The notes under the pieces are model-generated. The model did not search any database. It saw only the letters and a program-made list of their open reading frames with translations, and was not told where the DNA came from. A stretch of 64,000 nucleotides of DNA, taken from assembly GCA_002707525.1 (NCBI GenBank), contig PAND01000011.1, forward strand, positions 36,934-100,933. Reading direction: 5' to 3'. Positions 26,669-36,899 of this stretch are shown here, one piece after another (position 1 is the stretch's first letter; each line of letters opens with the position of its first letter). A program made the position numbers and the translations under genes. This DNA comes from Flavobacteriales bacterium (GTDB taxonomy: Bacteria; Bacteroidota; Bacteroidia; Flavobacteriales; Schleiferiaceae).

Positions 26669-26809
26669 GATTGAAATATTTGAATTTATACTGATAAGAC
26701 AACACTTGTGCCAATATAATGAGTGAAGTGTTTTACTGACAGGTTGACAACTAAGTGTGTCAATTTTGCGTTAACTTAATGCACTCAACTTATACTGAAC
26801 AAGCCAAAT

Positions 26810-27814
26810 ATGTACAAAGCAAAAGTTGCCGGCGTAGGCCATTACGTTCCGGAGAACATCGTAAGCAATAATGATCTTGCGCAATTGATGGATACAGATG
26901 ATGAATGGATTCGGGAGCGAACTGGAATTGAAGAAAGACGTTGGGTAAAAGAAGGGGACGGAAATACAGCTGCTACAATGGGTATTAAAGCAGCTCAAAT
27001 GGCTATTACGCAAGCAGGGTTGGAACCAAATGATATTGGTCACATTGTGTTTGCTACAATTTCCCCTGATTATTATTTTCCTGGTTGCGGCGTTCAAGTT
27101 CAAGAAGCCCTTGGAATTCATACTGCGGGTGCCACAGATGTGCGTAATGCATGTTCCGGATTTATTTATGCGCTTAGTGTTGGAAATGCATTTGTGAAAA
27201 CGGGTATGTATGAGCACGTATTAGTCGTAGCCTCCGAATTGCAAAGTCCCTTTTTAGATAAGACAACAAGAGGAAGGGGAGTAAGTGTTATTTTTGGAGA
27301 TGGTGCTGGCGCTGTTGTGTTATCTAAGGCCTCCGCAAAGGAAGGCGGTATAAAAAGCTGTCATTTGCATAGTGAAGGTAAACACAAGGAAGAATTAACC
27401 ATGAAAGGGTTTGGGACCCAACATTGGATAGGTGCCTTATTGGAAAAAGGAGTGAATCCAGATATTCATTTTCCTAAAATGAATGGAAATTTTGTTTTCA
27501 AAAATGCAGTGGTACGTTTTGGTGAGGTGATTAAGGAAGCTTTAGATAAAAACGGTATTACTCCGGATCAGATTGACTGCCTGATACCTCACCAAGCAAA
27601 TTTGAGGATAGCTCAATTTATTCAAAAGCGAATGGGTCTGAGGGATGACCAAGTGTTTAATAATATTCAGAAATACGGTAATACAACGGGTGCCTCTATT
27701 GCAATTGCACTTTCAGAAGCGGTGCAGACTGGAGCTGTGAAACGAGGAGATTTAGTTTGTCTAGCCGCCTTTGGAGCAGGATTTACCTGGGGTTCAGTTT
27801 TAATGGAGTATTAA
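26810..27814 (+). CDS. fabH: Beta-ketoacyl-ACP synthase III
   Basis: 334 aa. The catalytic triad contexts are NACSGFIYAL (Cys), IPHQANLRI (His) and YGNTTGASI (Asn). Confidence 0.9.
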   Translation: MYKAKVAGVGHYVPENIVSNNDLAQLMDTDDEWIRERTGIEERRWVKEGDGNTAATMGIKAAQMAITQAGLEPNDIGHIVFATISPDYYFPGCGVQVQEALGIHTAGATDVRNACSGFIYALSVGNAFVKTGMYEHVLVVASELQSPFLDKTTRGRGVSVIFGDGAGAVVLSKASAKEGGIKSCHLHSEGKHKEELTMKGFGTQHWIGALLEKGVNPDIHFPKMNGNFVFKNAVVRFGEVIKEALDKNGITPDQIDCLIPHQANLRIAQFIQKRMGLRDDQVFNNIQKYGNTTGASIAIALSEAVQTGAVKRGDLVCLAAFGAGFTWGSVLMEY

Positions 27815-27833
27815 TAGCTATGAGAAAGTAAAT

Positions 27834-27853
27834 GACTGTGAGCAGTCGTTTTT
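27834..27853 (+). terminator. Weak hairpin plus T-run between convergent fabH and the DUF4249-like gene
   Basis: gactg-tgag-cagtc followed by gtttttt. The stem is only 5 bp. Confidence 0.3.
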
Positions 27854-27872
27854 TGAATCAATAAGCTTTTTA

Positions 27873-28754
27873 TCATTCCCACTTTCTAATTGTAGTGCTT
27901 ACACCAAAGCAGCCTATATCATTACTCATATTACTGTAAAGAATGACAGGTTCTGCAAACGGATTGCCCTGAGCATTTTGAAAAGCACTATAGCTTTGGT
28001 AGAATTTGAACAACTCTTCACTCAAGGTGCTTACGGTTATTCTATATTCCAACTGAAAAAGGTAGTTGATGGAATTTATTCCTGTGGCAAATCGAATAGC
28101 CAAATCTCGATCTACACCTTCCTCTGATAATAAGATTACACCTTCGTTAATTCGGGTTGCGTTTTGATTAGTAGTTTCCAAGTAGAGCGGGAAATATTCA
28201 GAGGTATCCTGACCTGTAATTCCGTTTCTGTAGTGCGCATGGAGGTTTATGAGGTAATGCTGATTTTCTCCAGGTAAATCTGAAAATGAGATGGTTAGGG
28301 CATCAGAAGTCTCGTCAAAAAAAGTAGTTCCACCGTAATCGACTTCTGCTGTAAAAACTGCTTTCTCAGGAAAAATTTGTGCAGCACTTACAGTTTCAAA
28401 GTCGGGATGTGCGACTTCAAGAATCAATTCTCCATTTACAAGTCCAATTTGATTGCCGAGGAATTTATCATAGGTTTTGTTAACACTAAAATCCTTTAGT
28501 TGGTGTAACAGAGTACCGTCTTGATAGAGTTTGACTTCAGCATCTTTAATGACTCCAGTTTTTGTGGTATCAAACAATCCACCTGTTTTGCTGATAGTTG
28601 CACTCAATGTGCTGTCCATAGAATCAATAAATAGAGATCCTGCAATTTGAGGGTTGTGAGGCGGTAAAACAATATCGCGTGCAATTCCATCTTCCCATCG
28701 TTCGCATGAGAATAAAACAATTGATACTAGTAAAGGGATAAAACTCTTTTTCAT
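27873..28754 (-). CDS. DUF4249-like lipoprotein partnered with the upstream TonB-dependent receptor
   Basis: 293 aa with lipoprotein signal MKKSFIPLLVSIVLFSC. It sits 3 nt downstream of a CarbopepD-type TBDR, which is the usual context of the DUF4249 family. The family assignment comes from context and size, not from a verified motif. Confidence 0.55.
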   Translation of the reverse strand: MKKSFIPLLVSIVLFSCERWEDGIARDIVLPPHNPQIAGSLFIDSMDSTLSATISKTGGLFDTTKTGVIKDAEVKLYQDGTLLHQLKDFSVNKTYDKFLGNQIGLVNGELILEVAHPDFETVSAAQIFPEKAVFTAEVDYGGTTFFDETSDALTISFSDLPGENQHYLINLHAHYRNGITGQDTSEYFPLYLETTNQNATRINEGVILLSEEGVDRDLAIRFATGINSINYLFQLEYRITVSTLSEELFKFYQSYSAFQNAQGNPFAEPVILYSNMSNDIGCFGVSTTIRKWE

Positions 28755-28757
28755 TGT

Positions 28758-31154
28758 TTAAAATTTTATACGGTAGGCAATAGAAGGAATGATAGGGAAG
28801 AGGCCATATTCACGCAATGTGGTATTTCCGTTTCCATCAGTCCTTGTTTCAAAAAAGAACGGATTGAGATTGTTATAAGCGTTGTAGGCACTAATCATCC
28901 ACCAGCGATCATAATTTTTGCGTTTTTTATGAAAACTAAAACTCAAATCCAATCTGTGATAGGCACTCATGCGGAACGAATTTTTATCCGTTGGTCTTTG
29001 AATTAAAACCTGTTGTTGCTGCCACCAACTTAGACCATCAGGTAAGGAAGTAACATATTCATATTCAGGGAGAGTGATAGCGCGACCTGTTCCATAAACC
29101 CAAGCTCCGCTGAATTGAATGTTTTCTGAAATTTCGTGTGTAAGGACTGCGGAAAAATCGTGTCTTCTGTCGTAGGTAAAGAAATAACGTTGACCGTCAT
29201 TGATTTCATCAAATTGGCGATAGCTCCATGCTAGAGTGTAGCCAATCCAACCGGTAGTTTTTCCTCTTTTCTTCTGCACAAAAAGTTCTGTACCGTAACT
29301 CTGTCCATTGCCTTGAGTGATTTTATCTTCCCAATCTTCATTCAAAGAGAAAAGGAAATTTGCACCTTCCTTATAGCTCACTAAATTCTGCATGTCTTTA
29401 TAATATCCCTCAAGACTTACTTCAAATGCACCTAAATTTTTTGCCAAACCCAATGCATATTGACGAGATGTTTGTGGTTTGATATTCGCAGTAGAAGGCA
29501 CCCATAAATCAGTAGGTAATCCAATACCCTCATTAGTCAACAAATTCACGAATTGCATCATATCTGCATAAGAAACTTTTAGTGCTATATCTCTTGGTAA
29601 AGAATAGTTCAATCCCATTCTAGGCTGCAAAGACGTATACGTCTCATTCTGCACAGATAACCCTGCAAAATGAAGTCCTGCGTTAATTTTTAAATTCTCG
29701 CTAACGGTCCATTCATCCTCCACATAAGCAAAGAATTCATCAGACAAAATACTTTGGCTACCTAAAGAAGTATCAAGATTAAAGTCTGTACTTGTCAACT
29801 TCAGGTTAGTGGCTCCTGGGGTGAACTTATGATTGGTATACCCTGCTCCGTAGCGGATATAATGTAAAGGGGTGTGTGCATAATCAAAGTCTATACGGCC
29901 TCCATAATCTTCGATTCCTGATAAATATAGTGCCGCCAGATTTTCAATTTCTTGTCCAGTGGTGTCTGGGAAGTTGGGCAGAAAAGAGGTTTCAGAGACG
30001 GCTCTTGTATTGAAATTGTAGAGCGATCGGGTTAAGGTCGCATTAGAAAATAACTTTGGACTCCATTGATGATTCCATCTCAGTGCGGTAATGCTGTTCA
30101 TCCAATCGATACCAAAATCAAACTCTTCAGTCCTCGTGCTGTCTGAATATTTATCTTTAATACCGAAGTTATCTTGACCCTGGAAATGACTTAAATATAC
30201 GCGGTCTTTTTTACCAACTTTATAATTGATTTTTCCATTAGTATCGTAGAAATAGTATCTAGGTGAAGTTTGCTGATTTGGATTGTTGTTGTTAGCAGAA
30301 TTAATGAAAGGCCTTGCGAGAACGTCTAAGTATGTTCTTCTACCGCTTATCATAAATGAAGCCTTGTCTTTGATTAGGGGCCCCTCTAAGGTTAATTTTG
30401 AAGAAATAATAGAAGCAGTGGCATCTCCATGAAACTCATTCATATTACCCTCCTTCATATTTATTTCAAGTACTGATGAAAGTCGACCTCCATAACGTGC
30501 TGGAAAACCGCCTTTTGTGAGGCTTACATTGGAAATTGCGTCTGCGTTGAAAACTGAAAAGAATCCAAACAAGTGATTTACGTTGTAAAGCGGCACTCCA
30601 TCCAAAAGAATTAGGTTTTGATCTGGAGAGCCTCCTCGAACATACAGCCCAGATGTACCTTCCCCGCCACTTTGGACACCCGGCAAAAGTTGCAAAGTTT
30701 TCATAATATCAACTTCCCCTAAAATTGCTGGTAATGATTTGAGCTGTTTTATGGGGACTTCCATTTTAGACATTTGAACCTGCTCTTGAATACTTTGACC
30801 TTTGGAAGCAACTACATCTACTTCATTGAGCATGTTGTTAGAAGGTTTAAGTCTGAAATCAAATTCAATATTCTTGTCCAGCGTAATTTCGAACTGGTTA
30901 CTTTCATATCCAAAATAAGTTAGACGAATAACGTGGACTCCTTGGGGTAGGGTAAATGAATAAAACCCATATGTATTTGTTGAAGTGCCTAGTTTGAGTT
31001 CCGGTGTCCAAATGTTCACTCCTATGAGCGCCTCACCAGTCTCGAGGTCGGTGATGTAACCGCTTAATGTGCGGTTTTGTGCCCATAATGCACTTGAAAG
31101 GAGCAATAGTAACGTTGCTATTCTAATTTTCATTGATGGTTTTTTAGATGCCAC
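28758..31154 (-). CDS. TonB-dependent receptor with N-terminal carboxypeptidase-regulatory-like domain
   Basis: 798 aa. The signal is followed by TLSGYITDLETGEALIGVNIW...YGFYSF (CarbopepD_reg) and plug region DIMKTLQLLPGVQSGGEGTSGLYVRGGSPDQNLILLDGVPLYN. The C-terminus ends in aromatic residues (AYRIKF). An alternative start is MKIRIA at 31133. Confidence 0.88.
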   Translation of the reverse strand: MASKKPSMKIRIATLLLLLSSALWAQNRTLSGYITDLETGEALIGVNIWTPELKLGTSTNTYGFYSFTLPQGVHVIRLTYFGYESNQFEITLDKNIEFDFRLKPSNNMLNEVDVVASKGQSIQEQVQMSKMEVPIKQLKSLPAILGEVDIMKTLQLLPGVQSGGEGTSGLYVRGGSPDQNLILLDGVPLYNVNHLFGFFSVFNADAISNVSLTKGGFPARYGGRLSSVLEINMKEGNMNEFHGDATASIISSKLTLEGPLIKDKASFMISGRRTYLDVLARPFINSANNNNPNQQTSPRYYFYDTNGKINYKVGKKDRVYLSHFQGQDNFGIKDKYSDSTRTEEFDFGIDWMNSITALRWNHQWSPKLFSNATLTRSLYNFNTRAVSETSFLPNFPDTTGQEIENLAALYLSGIEDYGGRIDFDYAHTPLHYIRYGAGYTNHKFTPGATNLKLTSTDFNLDTSLGSQSILSDEFFAYVEDEWTVSENLKINAGLHFAGLSVQNETYTSLQPRMGLNYSLPRDIALKVSYADMMQFVNLLTNEGIGLPTDLWVPSTANIKPQTSRQYALGLAKNLGAFEVSLEGYYKDMQNLVSYKEGANFLFSLNEDWEDKITQGNGQSYGTELFVQKKRGKTTGWIGYTLAWSYRQFDEINDGQRYFFTYDRRHDFSAVLTHEISENIQFSGAWVYGTGRAITLPEYEYVTSLPDGLSWWQQQQVLIQRPTDKNSFRMSAYHRLDLSFSFHKKRKNYDRWWMISAYNAYNNLNPFFFETRTDGNGNTTLREYGLFPIIPSIAYRIKF

Positions 31155-31203
31155 TTTGGTAGAGAAAATCGTGCCATGAATTTATTTTAGACTATCAATA
31201 TTT

Positions 31204-32115
31204 TCAAAGGTTTAAAATCCTTTTCTGATCAAATGATTTAAGTTCTCCAAAACCTAACTCTTCGGGGCCCATTGATCTAAATTGGCTTTGTGGAATACAG
31301 CCAATCAGCTCTGAAGAAGGCGCTTTAAAGTCCATCTCCTCCGCCAATATTTGGACTTTAGCGAATACCTCGCATACCCCTGCTTTAGCGGGTTCGGTTA
31401 GATTGCAGCTTACTTGAACCAATTCCAAATCTGGTAAATACCAACCAATTGCCTTTACGCCAGGCATTCCGCCATCGCGCTCACGAATGATCTTAGCAAT
31501 CGATTTTGCCGCTATTAATCGCTCTTCTAAAGTGCCTCCCTTAAGATTCACGTTATAGGCAACCATTAAAGGCCGGACGCTTAAAGCTGTAGCCCCTTGG
31601 AGTTCAACGCTACGGTCAAAAGATTGTGGCCCAAAATCAGGAAGATCTCCAGTATTAAATCGCGCTACTAAGCCCTCGTATTCCCCTTTTCTAACGGCAG
31701 CAAGGTTCGTGTGCTCAGGGCGATCGGCTAGTTGTTCATAGCCATAAATGGCAAGATTATGTTTGGTACTTATGCGTTTAGCAAATGCTCTAGTTCTCCC
31801 TATTAAGTCTTCCTCAAATTTATGGTCGTCAAGAAGCACAAAGGGACAGACATCAACAGCACCCATTCTTGGGTGTACGCCTTTGTGCTCGCGCATATCA
31901 ATGTGCGCAAGGGCAATTTCAAAAAGTGTTTCTGTTGCTTTGAAAACTTGCACTGCAGGTCCCAAGTAAGTAAATACGGTGCGGTTGGCACTTTTACCCG
32001 GGTCGACAAAATGCAGTGTTACGCCCTCAGTAGCTTCGATAGCTGCAGCAATGCGTTCAAGGATTGCTGGATCGGCAGTACTTACGTTGGGTATGCATTC
32101 TATCCGGTAGCTCAT
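31204..32115 (-). CDS. Glutamate formimidoyltransferase (FTCD N-terminal type)
   Basis: 303 aa. Motifs are IECIPNVS..., SANRTVFT and HKGVHPRMGAVDVCPFV, characteristic of the formiminotransferase domain. Confidence 0.8.
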   Translation of the reverse strand: MSYRIECIPNVSTADPAILERIAAAIEATEGVTLHFVDPGKSANRTVFTYLGPAVQVFKATETLFEIALAHIDMREHKGVHPRMGAVDVCPFVLLDDHKFEEDLIGRTRAFAKRISTKHNLAIYGYEQLADRPEHTNLAAVRKGEYEGLVARFNTGDLPDFGPQSFDRSVELQGATALSVRPLMVAYNVNLKGGTLEERLIAAKSIAKIIRERDGGMPGVKAIGWYLPDLELVQVSCNLTEPAKAGVCEVFAKVQILAEEMDFKAPSSELIGCIPQSQFRSMGPEELGFGELKSFDQKRILNL

Positions 32116-32116
32116 A

Positions 32117-33103
32117 TTATTCGCTGAAGATGTGTGCTTTGATAAAATCGGACACGAGAAGGGCTAAACCTCTTCCTACTGCGGCATGTTCCTCTTCCTT
32201 GGTGACGCGACCTTCACAAAGATGGAAGTAGTGGGGCAGCATATCGAGCGCGTAGATGATCTGACGGACCTGATCAAAGGAAAATCCGCTTACGCTCTGT
32301 GCACTTGAAGGGAAATTTGCAATGGCATCCACGTCCAGCTCCAATCCATATTCCATTCCCAAATGTTCGGCAACGTGAATGAGCGCCTCATCTTGGGTCA
32401 ATTCCCCTGACTGTAAATCCTCAAAGCTTGCTACATTGTAGGCGTCGTTATGCTCAATGGTTTGCCAAATGTATGCTGGCGTATAATTCTCTTGAAGCCC
32501 TAACATGAAGTAATTCGCCATGAAGCCTGCTTCTGCGGCATAGGTAAAGCCGTTGCCGCTGTGTCGACCTTCGGGCGTTCTTAAATCTGTATGTGCGTCA
32601 ATATTTAGACAATTGATAGCGCGTCCTTTTGCTTCGCTACTGCCTTTCAAACACCCGTATGCATTATTATGACCTCCACCAATGACTATGGGGATAGCTC
32701 CTAGTTCAGTAATTCTGTGTACTACAGCGCTAACCGTATGGTCGTTTGCTGCAGTGGCATTACGCAAAGCGTCTATCTGGTCATTTTCTATGGAAGTGGT
32801 CGGAACCACTGCTCCTAGAACTGCTACTGCGTCCGTTGGGAAAAAGCGGTTTACTTGCATGTTTAGGAAGTAACTCAAGAAGCTTTGGAAAGCGCGATCT
32901 GCCCCGCCGCGACCGTAGTTGGCTCGAACGCCGAAATCTTCTTCTACTCCTACGAGTACGAACTTGTACGGAAGGGAATCTGCGCTAGTCCAATTGGCCT
33001 CGCTAACAGCTGCGATGCGCTCACCTAGGCGTTCCTCGCCCGAACGAAGGGAGGTACGGCTAACGAGATCTTCTTTAGTATAATGTTCTAATATTGTGCT
33101 CAT
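32117..33103 (-). CDS. hutG: Arginase-family hydrolase, probably formimidoylglutamase
   Basis: The ureohydrolase metal motifs are VIGGGHNNAYG, NIDAHTDLR and LELDVDAI. I prefer the ATG at 33103 (MSTILEHY...), which overlaps the hutI stop as ATGA. The track start at 33160 would overlap hutI by 61 nt. Confidence 0.7.
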   Translation of the reverse strand: MSTILEHYTKEDLVSRTSLRSGEERLGERIAAVSEANWTSADSLPYKFVLVGVEEDFGVRANYGRGGADRAFQSFLSYFLNMQVNRFFPTDAVAVLGAVVPTTSIENDQIDALRNATAANDHTVSAVVHRITELGAIPIVIGGGHNNAYGCLKGSSEAKGRAINCLNIDAHTDLRTPEGRHSGNGFTYAAEAGFMANYFMLGLQENYTPAYIWQTIEHNDAYNVASFEDLQSGELTQDEALIHVAEHLGMEYGLELDVDAIANFPSSAQSVSGFSFDQVRQIIYALDMLPHYFHLCEGRVTKEEEHAAVGRGLALLVSDFIKAHIFSE

Positions 33104-34341
33104 TGAGTGTGTCCATCTAAAATGGTGGTTTGAATGTGATTGGTCCCAAAATCGTAACACAAATACTCCAGCGATGGGATGGCCTTGGTGATCAATAGAT
33201 CCGCATCCTTACCCACGGCAATGGAGCCTTTGCGATCACTGAGGTTTAAGGCGGCTGCCCCATTCAAAGTAGCCGCATTCAATGCCTCTTCGGGAGTCAT
33301 CTTCATCTTGGCGCAGGCCATATTACAGATTAGCTGCATGTTTCCACCCGGACTAGACCCAGGATTGTAATCAGTAGCCAATGACACAATGGTGTCATTT
33401 TCTATAAGGTCTCGAGCAGGTCCATAAGGAATGCCTAAAAAATAGCTGCATGATGGAAGTAAGGTTGCGATAGTATTTCCTCCGTGTAATGCTTTCATAG
33501 CCTTTGGGGTCATTACTTCAAGGTGATCCACACTCAGCGCTTGAGCTGCCACAGCCATTTCAATTCCTCCTATGTCGTAAAATTGATTCACATGTATTTT
33601 TAAAGGAAGACCAGAAGACGCGCTAGCATCAATAATATATTGGAGTGCATCTAATTTGAAGTAATCACGTTCAACGAAACCGTCTAGATACTGCGCTAAA
33701 CCTTCTTTCATGATTATTGGCAGGCAACGATCTAACATGAATTTGGTATAGGAAGCATCGTTCATTCCTTGCTCTTTAGCCCAATTGGGCATTGCGTGTG
33801 CTGCCAAGAAGGTAGGTATAATGGTGGCGTTCGTTTGCACATTTAGCGACTTGATGGCGCGTAAAATTTTTAATTCGTTATCGGGGTCAAGTCCATATCC
33901 GCTTTTTACTTCAACAGTACCCGTGCCGTATCTCATCAAATTTTGCAGCCGGTAATCCGCTTGTATCACCAGTTCTTTTATGCTTGCTTGACCAACTTTT
34001 TTTGCACTATTAAGAATACCACCACCTGCAGCTGCAATTTCTTCGTAGCTCGCACCTTGGAGCCGAAGATTAAATTCCTCCTCACGAGTGCCGGCATAGA
34101 CCAGGTGGCTGTGAGAATCCACGAAGGCGGGCATAACGTGTTGTCCGCTACAATTTTGAATAGGCAATTCATCTTGAGGACAATTACTCATGGGACCAAA
34201 TGATGAAATTTTCCCCTCTTTTATGATGAGGTATGCATTTTCAATCGTTGGGAAATGAGCTAAGTCTGCGCCTCGCAACCATTTGGTACCCTCCTTGTGC
34301 ACACCGCCCAAGGATTTTATGTTAATTAGCTTCAGGTTCAT
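33100..34341 (-). CDS. hutI: Imidazolonepropionase
   Basis: 413 aa. The amidohydrolase metal motif is [12 protein letters not shown], with HVNQ..., LATDYNPGS and [16 protein letters not shown]. Confidence 0.9.
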   Translation of the reverse strand: MNLKLINIKSLGGVHKEGTKWLRGADLAHFPTIENAYLIIKEGKISSFGPMSNCPQDELPIQNCSGQHVMPAFVDSHSHLVYAGTREEEFNLRLQGASYEEIAAAGGGILNSAKKVGQASIKELVIQADYRLQNLMRYGTGTVEVKSGYGLDPDNELKILRAIKSLNVQTNATIIPTFLAAHAMPNWAKEQGMNDASYTKFMLDRCLPIIMKEGLAQYLDGFVERDYFKLDALQYIIDASASSGLPLKIHVNQFYDIGGIEMAVAAQALSVDHLEVMTPKAMKALHGGNTIATLLPSCSYFLGIPYGPARDLIENDTIVSLATDYNPGSSPGGNMQLICNMACAKMKMTPEEALNAATLNGAAALNLSDRKGSIAVGKDADLLITKAIPSLEYLCYDFGTNHIQTTILDGHTQ

Positions 34342-34387
34342 ACTCCAATATTACGGAGAATGTGCTTTAGTTTCCTACTTTAGTGCC

Positions 34388-35452
34388 ATGCCTGGAAACA
34401 CAATAGGAAAATCTTTGATACTAACCACATATGGTGAAAGTCATGGTACCCAGATAGGAGGGATTTTAGATGGTATGCCATCCGGAATAGAAATAGACTT
34501 AGACCAAGTTCAGCAGGCCTTGGATCGTCGTCGTCCCGGTCAAAGTCACTTGACTACTGAGCGTAATGAAGAAGATGCTGTGGTTTTTCATAGCGGCCTG
34601 TTTGAAGGTAAAACAACGGGTACGCCAATTGCTTTTTCTATTTCAAATAAAGATCATCGAAGCAAAGACTATACGCAAATCAAGGATATTTATCGTCCTT
34701 CACATGCTGATTATGTGTACCAAGCCAAATATGGTCATAGGGATTATCGCGGTGGTGGTCGATCGAGTGCTAGAGAGACGGCATGCCGTGTTGTAGCGGG
34801 TGCGTTAGCAGTGCAGATAATTCCTAGTATTGAGGTCAAAGCATGGGTAAGTGCTGTTGGGCCCATTAAGTTGGCTGTTCCCTTTGAAGAATTGAATTTA
34901 AGTGCCATTGACAAGCATCCTACGCGCTGTCCGCACCAAGAGACTGCCGATCAGATGGAAACATATATTGAAAAATGTCGTGCCGCAAGCGATAGTACTG
35001 GCGGTATAGTTACCGCAGTGGCGACAGGAGTGCCCGTAGGATTGGGCGAACCTGTTTTTGATAAATTGCAAGCGGACTTAGCCAAGGCTCTCATGGGTAT
35101 CAATGCAGTAAAGGGTTTTGAAATTGGCTCTGGTTTTTCTTCGTCGGAAATGACAGGTAGTCTCCACAATGATATCATTAATGAAGATTTTTCTACTGTT
35201 ACGAATAATGCAGGAGGCATTGTAGGTGGATTGAGTAACGGTGCCCCAATAGAGATTCGTATTGCTTTTAAGCCCGTGGCTACTATTGGGAAAGAGCAAC
35301 AAACGGTTAAAAAAAATGGAGAATCTACTGTAATTGCAGCTAAAGGACGTCATGATCCTTGTGTGGTACCCCGCGCTGTCCCTATAGTTGAGGCTATGAT
35401 ACAGTTGGTGCTGGCCGACCATTATTTAAGGAATTTGAAATACAACGCATGA
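34388..35452 (+). CDS. aroC: Chorismate synthase
   Basis: The true start is [20 protein letters not shown] at 34388. The track ORF start at 34283 overlaps hutI on the opposite strand. Motifs are GESHG, RPSHADY and [10 protein letters not shown]. Confidence 0.92.
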   Translation: MPGNTIGKSLILTTYGESHGTQIGGILDGMPSGIEIDLDQVQQALDRRRPGQSHLTTERNEEDAVVFHSGLFEGKTTGTPIAFSISNKDHRSKDYTQIKDIYRPSHADYVYQAKYGHRDYRGGGRSSARETACRVVAGALAVQIIPSIEVKAWVSAVGPIKLAVPFEELNLSAIDKHPTRCPHQETADQMETYIEKCRAASDSTGGIVTAVATGVPVGLGEPVFDKLQADLAKALMGINAVKGFEIGSGFSSSEMTGSLHNDIINEDFSTVTNNAGGIVGGLSNGAPIEIRIAFKPVATIGKEQQTVKKNGESTVIAAKGRHDPCVVPRAVPIVEAMIQLVLADHYLRNLKYNA

Positions 35453-36894
35453 AAAAACCATCGTTACCTGTACAGATCATTATCGGATTAATTTTAGGAA
35501 TAGCATGGGCACTGCTAAGCTCTACCATGGGATGGAGTCAATTTACTTTGGATTGGATTGCACCGTTTGGTACCATATTTATAAACCTTTTGAAGCTAAT
35601 CGCTATACCACTTGTTCTATTTTCAATTATAGCGGGTATAGGCAATTTAAGTGATGTTGCCACCTTAGGCAGAATGGGAGTAAAAACTTTGGCTTTATAT
35701 GTTGGGTCTACAGTGCTTGCCGCTTGCATGGGAATGTTGATAGCAAATACTTTTAATCCCGGTAAACAGACGGCTGAGGAGCAATTGAAAATTAATCGTG
35801 TGGCCTACGAGCTGTGGGTTAATGATACAGAAGGGGTAGAGTTTTTTGATAATACGAGATTATTGGCAGACCCGTCAATGCAAGAATATATGTCAGAGGC
35901 CCAGGCCGCACTTACTGAGCAACTTAATAATGATGAACTTAATGCTAAGGTAGCCAAGGCAAATGCTGTAAAAAGCCAAAAAAAGGACGGGCCTCTCCAA
36001 TTTTTTGTGGATATGGTTCCTTCCAACATCTTTTTGTCCTTCAATGATAGCTTAATGTTACAAGTCATATTTTTTGCGATTTTCTTTGGGATAGTTATGG
36101 TCATGCTGCCTGGCACTAGCATGGAACCCGTAGCAAAGTTGATGAACGGGTTTTCTGATATTTTCATCAAAATGGTGGATGTAGTTATGAAGGGCGCACC
36201 GTTTTTTGTTTTTGCACTATTGGCTGGTAAATTGGCGGCGATGGCAGGCGACGAGCCGGGTCGATTAGTGGAGATTTTTAAAGCGCTTGGAGCGTATACG
36301 GGCTCTACTATTTTAGGCCTTCTTATCATGATTTTAGTTCTTTACCCGGCAGTACTTGCCTTTCTCATTAACCGTAAGACCAAAATGGGTTTTTGGAAAA
36401 GCTGGGGTTATTTTATGCGAGGAATTAGGCCTGCACAATTATTGGCTTTTTCAACGTCATCAACTGCGGCAACCCTGCCTGTAACTATGGATTGCGTTCG
36501 TGATAATTTAGGAGTAGATGAAGAAATAGGTTCATTTGTTTTACCAGTAGGGGCAACAATTAATATGGATGGGACCGCTTTATATCAAACTGTAGCTGTC
36601 ATATTCATGGCTCAATTCCACATGATAGATCTCACTTTAGCGCAGCAAGCTACCATCATTTTTACGGCAACCTTAGCTTCTATTGGTGCAGCATCTGTTC
36701 CTTCAGCGGGAATGATTATGCTCATACCAATCTTGGAGAGTGTAGGCCTTAATCCTGCTTGGATTGCTATTATATTCCCTGTGGACCGCATCATTGATAT
36801 GGTACGAACCGTATTAAATCTAACTGGCGATGCATCAGTGTCTACGATTATTGCGTTATCCGAGAATAAACTGACCGTAGTGGAACAAGACTAG
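35449..36894 (+). CDS. Dicarboxylate/amino acid:cation symporter (DAACS/GltP family)
   Basis: 481 aa. Motifs are [14 protein letters not shown] and [13 protein letters not shown] (HP1 and NMDGT-type). The start overlaps the aroC stop as ATGA. Confidence 0.88.
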   Translation: MKKPSLPVQIIIGLILGIAWALLSSTMGWSQFTLDWIAPFGTIFINLLKLIAIPLVLFSIIAGIGNLSDVATLGRMGVKTLALYVGSTVLAACMGMLIANTFNPGKQTAEEQLKINRVAYELWVNDTEGVEFFDNTRLLADPSMQEYMSEAQAALTEQLNNDELNAKVAKANAVKSQKKDGPLQFFVDMVPSNIFLSFNDSLMLQVIFFAIFFGIVMVMLPGTSMEPVAKLMNGFSDIFIKMVDVVMKGAPFFVFALLAGKLAAMAGDEPGRLVEIFKALGAYTGSTILGLLIMILVLYPAVLAFLINRKTKMGFWKSWGYFMRGIRPAQLLAFSTSSTAATLPVTMDCVRDNLGVDEEIGSFVLPVGATINMDGTALYQTVAVIFMAQFHMIDLTLAQQATIIFTATLASIGAASVPSAGMIMLIPILESVGLNPAWIAIIFPVDRIIDMVRTVLNLTGDASVSTIIALSENKLTVVEQD

Positions 36895-36899
36895 ATTTA

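Noticed and set aside
33104-33160. Longer N-terminal extensions offered by the ORF track for hutG (to 33160), aroC (from 34283), rplS (to 39353), the alpha/beta hydrolase (to 54155), SulP (from 54108) and the SPFH gene (from 59529)
   Set aside because: The extensions overlap neighbouring genes or add residues absent from the conserved N-termini I recognise. Several begin with TTG or GTG, while a downstream ATG gives the canonical start or a proper signal peptide.
35805-36329. 174-aa minus-strand ORF antisense to the DAACS transporter gene, plus similar antisense ORFs at 24942-26234 inside htpG and 26771-27217 over the fabH start
   Set aside because: All are embedded in strongly supported genes on the other strand and lack motifs. 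This is the expected by-product of codon bias in a moderately AT-rich genome.
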